Shown piece after piece: positions 56,102 to 64,000 of a DNA stretch of 64,000 nt; position 1 is the first letter of the stretch; each line of letters begins with the position of its first letter. Location of the stretch: IMG/VR virus record IMGVR_UViG_3300048881_000755, positions 7,008 to 71,007 of that record; one strand, written 5' to 3'. Both the position numbers and the translations under genes were made by a program. The notes under the pieces were generated by a model. That model did not search any database. It was given only the letters and a program-made list of their open reading frames with translations, and was not told the DNA's origin. Origin of the DNA: a virus (Duplodnaviria > Caudoviricetes).

Positions 56102-59100
56102 ATGAGTTCGTCTAGTTCAGCAAAACATGGATTTGGGAAAAAAGTTTCTAGTGTTATAAGTAAGGCCCAAACGGATCTAATTCACGGAACACACCCGGCA
56201 TACATATCGTATGGCGAGGTTGATGCTCTTGGCGGTGGGGATGCCCCATCTTTAGTCGGAGTTGGTGCATCAATTTTTCTTGATCAAAATCACGCTAATT
56301 CAATAACTCCAGATACCAGAACCTTTATAGCGATGTCTCCAGAGGCTACTATATTGGTTAAAAAGAAAGTTTTCTCATCACTTAAGTCAGCAAATGATTT
56401 AAGATTTATGGACAAAACAGAGAAAATGCTTTTAAGGGCGACCAAAGCTCTTTTCGCCTATAAAGTTCAGCAGATAAGGGCTTATGAGAGCCTGACTAAG
56501 TTTGAAAACTTCTTTTCAGAGACTGGGATGTATAGCCTCAATCTTTTGTCTTCTGTTATGAGGGAGACTTCTCGTCTTGATCTTAGTAAGCTTGGATATA
56601 TCGAGTCAGAATATGTCGAAAAAAGACTTAGTGAGTGGTATCTCGAAGACAGAGAGGTGTTCCTAAAGACTAAGGATTCTAGCGGTAAGCGTATATCACA
56701 CCCAGACCATGCAGAGCCTGAGGTTATGACAAATCTAGCATGGCTTAAGCAGCTTGCTGCGTCTAAAGCCAAGCAGGTCATTGAGAATAAGAGAGCGGAG
56801 CTTAAAACAGAGTATAAGACAAAATATGACAAGATAGACGTTCCTTATGATGCTCTTGAGGAGGCAGATAAAAAGTTAGAAGAAAAAATGGACGACCCTG
56901 ATTCAGGCTTCTTTGGCGACTTAGGCCTTATGCTTGCACACTCTGAGGGGGCGGAACAATATGATGCTGTGAATGAGGATCTGGTAAAGATTATAAAGAG
57001 AAATGCTTTTTCTGTTGATAATCAGCTTACTACTTGGATCGTTGACCATGATGCACCTGAGAATTTTCTTCTTGGCCCCGGAACAGGTGTAATTGAAATT
57101 GCTTTATTTAAGGATTTTAATACGACCACAAACTACTCAACTTCTCCATCAACAGCCTCTTTCAGCCTGTCTTATCCATATAGACTTGGAACTGTTTTAG
57201 AGGATGATATAGAGATGGCTATAAATGAAGCGGTAGATGGAACTGCTGGCATTTTCCAAGATATGATGAATGGAGATTTGTCGTCGAAGGATCTTCGCTC
57301 AACACATGGCATTGATGGATCCTCTATAGCCTCTGCGGCTTTTGAGAAGGCTGGTCTCGGAGGGTCGGACGGCTCTCTTGATATAGATTATATAAGAGAA
57401 AGACTGAGAACTTTTTATTTAGGAAAATCTTTTGTTAATCCCCCTGATCCTATTCATTTTTACATTCGAGGCAATAGAACTCTCATAGACAATACGAGCG
57501 CCTCGTCTGACCAATCTGGTTTTAACGAAGAGTATTTAGAAATAGATGAAGATATTCTTAAGGCAGAATACCAGCTTTATACGTCACAGGCTTTAAGTTA
57601 TGATCTGTATAAACAGATTAGGGGAAGGCAGGATAATTCTTTTGGAATGATACATGTGTTTGGGGGATTTGTAAAGCAGGTAACAGAATCTTTTGGAGGA
57701 GGATTCTGGGATCTTAAAGCACAATGTACGGATAATATGTCATGGCTTGAGTGGAGTCAGTTTGCAATAGCTCCATCCTTAAGTGATCCAAAAAATATTC
57801 TTGAAGACCCATTAACACCATTCTCTATGGTAAAAGATGACTTAGGACAGATTGTGCCGTCTGAAAGAGATCTTCTTCATGAAAACAAACAGCTTCTTCA
57901 GAGCGGACTGTTGAGCTATGATTCTGGATTATTCGCAGGACAAAGTGCTGCAGAGGGAAATCTTTTGCAGGGCCAATACAATGGGGTCGGGTCGCTTAGG
58001 GGAAAGAAGGTTCTTCAGCATGCAGATGGGTTTGTATATAGATGGAAAACAGGAATTATAACAGCCACTGCAGGTTTTCAGGCAGTTGATCCAACTGGTG
58101 CGAATGCATCTTCCTCAAGGATACATTCGCAGAATTATCAACCAACTGTGGCCACAGACGTTTTGAATAATTTAGATGTGCCAAATATTTTAAGCATCTT
58201 GATTGTTGGCCAACCATATAATATAGAGACATTTATAGAACAGTCTTATGCGGCACATAACAAGACGGATAAGACTGCCTCCTTAAGCCCTCAGGATCCG
58301 CTAACAGGAGTTATTGAGGCAGTTAGAAAACAGAATGAGTATTTTGGCAACTTTCATCCATATAGAACTAATACAATATCACCAGAGTCTGCAGAGTTAA
58401 TGATTAACACGGCAGGAGTAAGACAGACTGCAAATAATACGGTCAAAAAGCTTAGAAGGCGAAAGATTGCGATAAATAAGAAAATACGAGCATTAAAAAA
58501 TAGTGGAGTACAACATCCCGGGCAGGTGCCGCCCTCTGCTCTTGCAGCAACACTAGAGGCGGAGGTTGCCACGATAGATGCGGCAATTGATAAGCAGGTT
58601 CTGGTGGGCGTTGCTGCGACCAACGCTATAAGTGCGTCTGATAAAGTAGGATTAGAGATAGGATTGTTCGGAAGTAGCGGCCTACCCCTGTCTAATGATG
58701 CCGATGAAAATCAAGAGATAACTAGAGCGATGATGCTTGTGGGAGCGCAAAGAAGAATTGAGGACGTTAGGCTTAATAGGGATCGGAATTTGCTGATAAT
58801 ATCGGATCAGTATGATATGGCTGATATTAGGCCGTTTATCTTAGCCCTTCAAGGTGGGAAGTGGAATTTGTTTAGGGCTGAATATACAAATGTTTTACAG
58901 AAGTGCCAAATGGCATCTTCTATGTTGAATCTTGAGTTTTTCTGCAATTCTCAGGGGCACCTAGAATTTAGGCCTCCGCAGTGGAACAAAACTCCACTAA
59001 CTGTGCTTAGGGGGGCCATTAGGCGCGAAAAGGAAAGCGGAAAAACGGTTATTCCTAATTTTATTACAAATTTATTTCAGACAAGAATTGAGTCTTTAAG

Positions 59101-61249
59101 AAAAGAGGTATATACTTTAAATGTTCAAATAGTCTTGATAGCTCTTATGATGGGAAGATTTCCTGACAGCACTCTTATTCCTAACATGAACAAAACAGGT
59201 GAGGCCTCACTTGCATTTTTTGGAGTAAATACAGATTCTAAGGATAATTCTGGTTCTGCCTTAAGCTTAAATCGAAAAGAATATTCTTGGGAGACAGGAA
59301 ACCTTACAGAGCAAAATAATTCAACTTTTGGAGAGGGGCTGAAGGTGACCGCTTCATTTTCAGAAAGTGGCAACTCACTTGGTGGGGACACAGAAACTAT
59401 TTTAGGTGATTTTGATCCAATCTTCCAAGAGCAAAGCGGTGTTACAAACGATGTTCTTAGCGCTATAGCCTCAGGGTCGGGCGGAGCGGGAGGCTTGAGG
59501 CCTCCTGCCCAGCATTTTGCGGAACCTTCAAGGCTAAATAACCTCAGAGATACATTCAAAAAATTATATGGGCGAGATCCCGCAAAGACGCTTGGTATAG
59601 ATCTTAAGCAAGGATTTGAAGCAAAAGATATTGTGACAAATGGCGCTAATGATGGTGATAAAGCAATAGAAAAAGCTCTGGCGAGCGAAGAGGGTCTGCT
59701 GACAAAGTTGCGAAAAGCTATTTCTAAAAGAGACAGCTATGTATCTATGCTTCAAGCAAATGAAAAGAAGGTAGGGGAGCTTAATGAGATAGAAACGTTT
59801 TTAACCACAGGAGAAGAAGAGTCTCACGAAACAGGTATTGACAATCCTGTAGTGAAATTTTTAGAAAGCGCGGCGACGGGTATAAAGAATACAATAGATA
59901 TAATTACAGGTAGCGCGTCTGAAGGGTCTGTTTATGATCACCTTATAGCAGATGATACTAGAAATTTATTAGGACCCGGATCAGGCAAGAGGTTTATATT
60001 ATCAGATGAACATATTCTTAGCCTGAGCTGCACTGAGGCTCCTCCAGATTTCACAAGGATTGACATAGAAGGAAGCGCCCCATTGATAGCGCAGCAAATT
60101 CAAAGTGGAACGGATAATTTATATTTTTGGGCTGGAGCGACAGACTTCGATTTGTGGCGTCAGTATGGCTATAGGGCTCAGAAGAAGGACCTTCCCTTTA
60201 TAAGTGATGTAGAGGGGCAGGCAAGGCCATACGCAATTCTTGAGCTCGGCCTTCAAAAGCTAAAGGTAAATAGAGCAAACGCACAAGTTGTAGGGAATGA
60301 ATTTTATCAGCCAGGAGATACGGTGTACATTCCCTCAAGGGGGCTTCTTTACTATGTTGAGTCTGTACAGCATAGTTTTAATTATGGCCAAACATTTAGT
60401 ACATCTTTATCACTAACATATGGCCACCCTCCGGGGGACTATGTCCCGGGGCCCTTGGATGTAATAGGGCAAGAGTTAGTAGGGAATATGTTAGATGAGC
60501 CCGCGCTTATACAGAGGTCATCCGAATCAGACGATAATTATAGAGTTTTAAAGCCAGATTCTGCTTTGGTCTTTCCAACGGATGGAGCAGGAATGGCAGA
60601 GCTTCTTGCTTTTTCTAATAATCAAGTTAGGTTTACAAACATGATGATAGATTTAATGGGGTCGTTGTCTGGGTCAAAATATCTTCTTATAAGGGGCTTC
60701 GTTGCTGATGAAAATGATCAAAATGAAGCAGATAAGGTGAGAGAAAAGATGTCGACGGTTAGATCTCTATTTGAGTATCCAAGTCAAATATCCCAGAATC
60801 ATGCGGGTGCCGGAGCGCTTGGAGAAACTGTTCTCGGGATAGGCTCAGCGGTTAGCTCTGTGTTTGGAGGTGGATCTGCAACGACCATGGGAACTGGGCC
60901 ATTGAGGCTTCCTAACAATATGCCGGTTACTCCGATTAGGGCGGCAAAGATAATTGAGCAGCTTACATATCTGAAGAAGGCTAATGATGATTCTTCGGCA
61001 GTTGGAGAGATAAAATGTATGGATAGAAAATTAGTTGGAGCTCTTTTTAAAGATAATAATTCAGCAGATATAACTAAAGCTACGGGCATTTTCCCCAAGG
61101 GAGGTCCAAGGCAGGGAAGCTGGCTTGAGATAAGAGATGGTTGGGACCTGTCAGAGATGTTTTCGAGCAATAAGGCAGCTATTAATGTTATAGAGGTTGG
61201 AATAATTAATATTCCAAATAGTATTATGTCTTCGGAGGTACAGGGGTAA
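56102..61249 (+). CDS. Large baseplate hub protein (gp27/gpD-like)
   Basis: LEFFCNSQGHLEFRPP and QYGYR...VVGNEFYQPGDTVYIP...YYVESVQHSFNYGQTFSTSLSLTYG typical of hub proteins; many insertions. Confidence 0.7.
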   Translation: MSSSSSAKHGFGKKVSSVISKAQTDLIHGTHPAYISYGEVDALGGGDAPSLVGVGASIFLDQNHANSITPDTRTFIAMSPEATILVKKKVFSSLKSANDLRFMDKTEKMLLRATKALFAYKVQQIRAYESLTKFENFFSETGMYSLNLLSSVMRETSRLDLSKLGYIESEYVEKRLSEWYLEDREVFLKTKDSSGKRISHPDHAEPEVMTNLAWLKQLAASKAKQVIENKRAELKTEYKTKYDKIDVPYDALEEADKKLEEKMDDPDSGFFGDLGLMLAHSEGAEQYDAVNEDLVKIIKRNAFSVDNQLTTWIVDHDAPENFLLGPGTGVIEIALFKDFNTTTNYSTSPSTASFSLSYPYRLGTVLEDDIEMAINEAVDGTAGIFQDMMNGDLSSKDLRSTHGIDGSSIASAAFEKAGLGGSDGSLDIDYIRERLRTFYLGKSFVNPPDPIHFYIRGNRTLIDNTSASSDQSGFNEEYLEIDEDILKAEYQLYTSQALSYDLYKQIRGRQDNSFGMIHVFGGFVKQVTESFGGGFWDLKAQCTDNMSWLEWSQFAIAPSLSDPKNILEDPLTPFSMVKDDLGQIVPSERDLLHENKQLLQSGLLSYDSGLFAGQSAAEGNLLQGQYNGVGSLRGKKVLQHADGFVYRWKTGIITATAGFQAVDPTGANASSSRIHSQNYQPTVATDVLNNLDVPNILSILIVGQPYNIETFIEQSYAAHNKTDKTASLSPQDPLTGVIEAVRKQNEYFGNFHPYRTNTISPESAELMINTAGVRQTANNTVKKLRRRKIAINKKIRALKNSGVQHPGQVPPSALAATLEAEVATIDAAIDKQVLVGVAATNAISASDKVGLEIGLFGSSGLPLSNDADENQEITRAMMLVGAQRRIEDVRLNRDRNLLIISDQYDMADIRPFILALQGGKWNLFRAEYTNVLQKCQMASSMLNLEFFCNSQGHLEFRPPQWNKTPLTVLRGAIRREKESGKTVIPNFITNLFQTRIESLRKEVYTLNVQIVLIALMMGRFPDSTLIPNMNKTGEASLAFFGVNTDSKDNSGSALSLNRKEYSWETGNLTEQNNSTFGEGLKVTASFSESGNSLGGDTETILGDFDPIFQEQSGVTNDVLSAIASGSGGAGGLRPPAQHFAEPSRLNNLRDTFKKLYGRDPAKTLGIDLKQGFEAKDIVTNGANDGDKAIEKALASEEGLLTKLRKAISKRDSYVSMLQANEKKVGELNEIETFLTTGEEESHETGIDNPVVKFLESAATGIKNTIDIITGSASEGSVYDHLIADDTRNLLGPGSGKRFILSDEHILSLSCTEAPPDFTRIDIEGSAPLIAQQIQSGTDNLYFWAGATDFDLWRQYGYRAQKKDLPFISDVEGQARPYAILELGLQKLKVNRANAQVVGNEFYQPGDTVYIPSRGLLYYVESVQHSFNYGQTFSTSLSLTYGHPPGDYVPGPLDVIGQELVGNMLDEPALIQRSSESDDNYRVLKPDSALVFPTDGAGMAELLAFSNNQVRFTNMMIDLMGSLSGSKYLLIRGFVADENDQNEADKVREKMSTVRSLFEYPSQISQNHAGAGALGETVLGIGSAVSSVFGGGSATTMGTGPLRLPNNMPVTPIRAAKIIEQLTYLKKANDDSSAVGEIKCMDRKLVGALFKDNNSADITKATGIFPKGGPRQGSWLEIRDGWDLSEMFSSNKAAINVIEVGIINIPNSIMSSEVQG

Positions 61250-61253
61250 TCAG

Positions 61254-63665
61254 ATGAGTATTGATGTAAAAGGTCAGCTAGAAACACTGGCAGCCTTTCA
61301 GGCTACAGTCGAAGGAGTCGATCCGAAAACCGGCAATATAACTGCAAGGCGCGGTCCCAGCTCCGACACCTTTACGATTCCGCCTGTATATTACGGCGGA
61401 GTTAATGACTTTGGGATTTTTATGCACCCAAACGAAGGGGACACTCTTTTGTGTGTCAGGGTTCACCCTGGAAGTAAAGGTGTGACGCAAGCAGTTCGAG
61501 TTTTATCTGCAGATAAGGCTCCTCCAAAGGAAGGAGAGAGAACACTAGAAAAAGATGATACTGTAGCAATCGGAACATCTCCTTACCCTGTGATTCAGGA
61601 GGGCGAGGTAAAGATATTATCGAATAGAGGTTCTACGCTTTACTTCAAAGAAGTCCCCAAATCTACTCAGGCAGAGATTCAATTGACCGCCCCAGGAAGA
61701 AGTGGCCTGTTTATTAGTGATGACCTAACAGATATGATAACAACTATATCAAATGTGTCACAGCAGATTACCTCTGGAGCAAGGATCATATCTGGAGATA
61801 TAATTAGAAGTGAAAGTGGCAGTCAGACCGACATCAAGATTGGTCACGAGATAGAGGCCTTTTCCAAAATATCAGGAGAGCTAAGAGGGCTTTATGATGG
61901 AGATTATGCTAAGACTGTAGCTATGCGGGGCTCTCCTAGAAATCCTGTTCTTTCTGAATACAGAATGGTTGTAAATGAGTTTTCAGAGCAGTCTGCTTTT
62001 ACTGGATGGGATCATGAACATGCTAGTGCAAATTCTGCAAAACCGAAGGAGTATGAGCTAAAATCTCACCTACGCGCTATTGACCCAAGGACATCTTTGT
62101 CCTTAGCCCCTCATCAGTTGGTTGAGATTATTGCAGGCAATGTTGTAGATTCAGCCGATCAAGTGCGAGATATAAATTATGGGTGTGTTTACGTAGGTGA
62201 TGCGAATGGAAGACCAAACGTTGATGAGATGGCGTATGAAGCAGATAGGCTTACGAGTAGAAGGGGCCTTGGTTATCACTTTCAGCTTTCAACAAATTCT
62301 AAATCAACAGAAAAATCTAGAACTAAACATAACTTTATTTGTGCTATAGATAAGGGCGGCCTTTTGAAGATCAGCGTTCCGAAGGGAATCGGCGCTGGAA
62401 ATGTTTTATATCCAGCAAGTGGGTACTTTGGCCATGAGGAAGGAACGGTCCTTACCACACCTGTTGCGAAGTCTGTAAAGACAGAGATTCCGGTTACACT
62501 TCGAGATGAGGATGGCACTGTAGTTCTCCCTCATATTTATGATGAATTAAATGGTATAAATTCAAGAAATACTGGGATTAGATTTTCAAATAATTCTGGA
62601 TATTTTCAAAACGTTGGCATCGGCAAGGGCGGCCCTCCAGGTGGCGAAGGGGCAGGAATGGTCAGGGTAAACTTTACTGCTCATCATAATATGTATGCCG
62701 CAGCAGAGATGCTTATAGCAAATACTATAGACAAAGTTTTGATTCCAGAGGACCCAACAGAGTGTCCTGGAATCGTGATGGGCACAATAGGCAGTTGCTT
62801 TGAGAGAAATATTCTTAATTTGGATGGCGAGGGAGAGCTTGAGCTTGTTCCGCTAAAAGGCATGTCTACGGTTGGAATTAAACCAGGAAAGCCCGCCATG
62901 TATTCTGGCGGAGGAACGGTTGTAGCGGGAAGCCATTCGTTGCTTCAGTATGACGGAAAAAATCAGCCATATACAAATTCTTTTGTTGTTACCGGAACTC
63001 CCGGAGAGTTTTCATATACAGGCACAGACAAAGGGTCTGAAAATCTAAAAAACCCTGGCGGAAAGAGCGCAAATATAAATTTTCAAGGAGCAATTGATGT
63101 TTCTGTTGGAAAAGATAATTATGACCAAAAGAGTTTGGTCTTAGACACGGCGGGCAGTGTAATTGCCTGGTTTGGAGAAGATGCTGCAGGAAGAAGTCTT
63201 GTTGTTCAAACAGATGGGGCTGTTGCGGTTAATGTTGGCGGAAGAGGCTTTGCAAATGGTGCAAGCACCTGGAAGCAGGGGCGGTTTGACCTCAGAGTAA
63301 ATGTCACAGACAAAGGAGTTGTAGGTCAAAAGTGGAGCCCCAAAAGAGCGGGTGGAGATAATGCTTCTGATTATATTATTTCTATAAGTGATGCTGGGCT
63401 TGTAATAGCCGGAATGAAGCCAGGGGCCCCAATGATAATAAGAAATCAGGGGAATGTGTCGATTGAGAGTTCGGGCAAACTAACCTTAGGGGGCTCATCC
63501 GTAGAGATAAGAGAGGGCAACCAGGTGCCAAGGAAAACCCATAAGCCTCCTACTGCACAGGATCAGGTTCCTCCGGACCCCGAAAACGTCGCGGATACAG
63601 TTGCGTGTATAACAGACATTTTATCAAAGATGACGAAGCCAAAGCCGGAAGAGGAAGAAGAGTAG
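61254..63665 (+). CDS. Baseplate central spike-like protein (gp5/gpV-like)
   Basis: N-terminal OB-fold pattern ATVEGVDP...GIFMHPNEGDTLLCV; C-terminal beta-strand repeats QGNVSIESSGKLTLGGSSVEI. Confidence 0.6.
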   Translation: MSIDVKGQLETLAAFQATVEGVDPKTGNITARRGPSSDTFTIPPVYYGGVNDFGIFMHPNEGDTLLCVRVHPGSKGVTQAVRVLSADKAPPKEGERTLEKDDTVAIGTSPYPVIQEGEVKILSNRGSTLYFKEVPKSTQAEIQLTAPGRSGLFISDDLTDMITTISNVSQQITSGARIISGDIIRSESGSQTDIKIGHEIEAFSKISGELRGLYDGDYAKTVAMRGSPRNPVLSEYRMVVNEFSEQSAFTGWDHEHASANSAKPKEYELKSHLRAIDPRTSLSLAPHQLVEIIAGNVVDSADQVRDINYGCVYVGDANGRPNVDEMAYEADRLTSRRGLGYHFQLSTNSKSTEKSRTKHNFICAIDKGGLLKISVPKGIGAGNVLYPASGYFGHEEGTVLTTPVAKSVKTEIPVTLRDEDGTVVLPHIYDELNGINSRNTGIRFSNNSGYFQNVGIGKGGPPGGEGAGMVRVNFTAHHNMYAAAEMLIANTIDKVLIPEDPTECPGIVMGTIGSCFERNILNLDGEGELELVPLKGMSTVGIKPGKPAMYSGGGTVVAGSHSLLQYDGKNQPYTNSFVVTGTPGEFSYTGTDKGSENLKNPGGKSANINFQGAIDVSVGKDNYDQKSLVLDTAGSVIAWFGEDAAGRSLVVQTDGAVAVNVGGRGFANGASTWKQGRFDLRVNVTDKGVVGQKWSPKRAGGDNASDYIISISDAGLVIAGMKPGAPMIIRNQGNVSIESSGKLTLGGSSVEIREGNQVPRKTHKPPTAQDQVPPDPENVADTVACITDILSKMTKPKPEEEEE

Positions 63666-63775
63666 TAGTGGTTTATGATTGAGGGATTTATTCTGTTAAT
63701 ATTCAACTAATTTAATTACATATCGTAGTATAAGTTAGTACAATTTTAGTTAAGTAAGTTAAGGTTAAGTAGATT

Positions 63776-64000
63776 ATGCCAGCAGATTCACAGCTTTTAC
63801 CGCTTTTAGCGGCGGGAAGTGTAAAACATCCTGAGGAAAACTCTAAGGTAAATGTAAATTGCATCTCAGCAGATGATGACAAAGATTCTGCTGCTGCAGG
63901 CAGAAGTCCGCTTGAAAATGTAACCTTAACGGTTTTATTTCCAAAAAAACTACTAGGTACAGAAGATCCGAATAAAGATGTCATCCCCGGAGTCGGCGGC
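63776..64000 (+). CDS. 5' end of hypothetical protein, probably baseplate-region (partial)
   Basis: ATG 63776 is open to the window end (MPADSQLLPLLAAGS...). Confidence 0.6.
   Translation, partial: MPADSQLLPLLAAGSVKHPEENSKVNVNCISADDDKDSAAAGRSPLENVTLTVLFPKKLLGTEDPNKDVIPGVGG

Larger units (their letters stand above)
1..64000 (+). mobile_element. Virion morphogenesis region of a large myovirus-type bacteriophage (Caudoviricetes)
   Basis: Co-oriented, tightly packed genes in the order terminase-portal-protease-capsid-neck-sheath-tube-chaperone-tape measure-baseplate; SD sites; no host housekeeping genes or integrase seen. Confidence 0.95.

Noticed and set aside
47111-63665. Bacterial contractile injection system (eCIS, T6SS, tailocin)
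   Set aside because: Terminase, portal, protease and capsid genes are in the same block, so this is a phage tail.
63720-63775. Short TAAG/AGTT repeats as iterons or an origin
   Set aside because: The units are only 4-6 nt, irregular and in AT-rich sequence, which is not enough support.
400-63984. Numerous minus-strand ORFs of 60-200 aa
   Set aside because: Almost all are antisense shadows of long + strand genes, with Ser-rich composition and no recognisable motifs.
1-64000. Stop-codon reassignment as seen in some large phages
   Set aside because: Standard-code ORFs tile the window densely, and TAA, TAG and TGA all end genes right before the next start.
1-64000. Eukaryotic giant virus origin, suggested by collagen, J-domain and CTYHCG domain
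   Set aside because: SD sites, overlapping operonic genes, intrinsic terminators, HK97-type head genes and a sheath/tube indicate a prokaryotic tailed virus.
1-64000. tRNA genes, introns, inteins, DGR or invertase cassettes
   Set aside because: No cloverleaf, intein termini, reverse transcriptase or recombinase was seen by eye; terminase and portal have normal lengths. A tRNAscan/Infernal run would be needed to be sure.

Overview
The window is one uninterrupted + strand gene block from a large, contractile-tailed (myovirus-type) dsDNA phage. It uses the standard genetic code and prokaryotic Shine-Dalgarno sites (GGAG/GGAGG). It holds most of the virion morphogenesis module. The head part has a GpA-like terminase large subunit, portal, HK97-type prohead protease fused to an acidic scaffold, two related decoration proteins and the major capsid protein. 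The tail part has fibres, neck proteins, two paralogous giant tailspikes, tail terminator, sheath, tube, chaperone with a -1 frameshift, tape measure, baseplate hub and spike. Accessory genes include a CCA/poly(A) polymerase-family nucleotidyltransferase, a DUF192 fusion, a J-domain protein and an HExxH metallopeptidase. The most notable signals are: (1) a candidate head-cargo loading and processing code, made of a shared ~30-aa helical leader and pervasive K-x-A sites in otherwise unrelated head-region proteins; (2) a flagellin IN-like domain in a fibre gene between 23-nt direct repeats; (3) a recurring TAYTAAT promoter-like motif; (4) a nested scaffold start inside the protease gene. All assignments come from motif recognition by eye and gene order; no searches were run.
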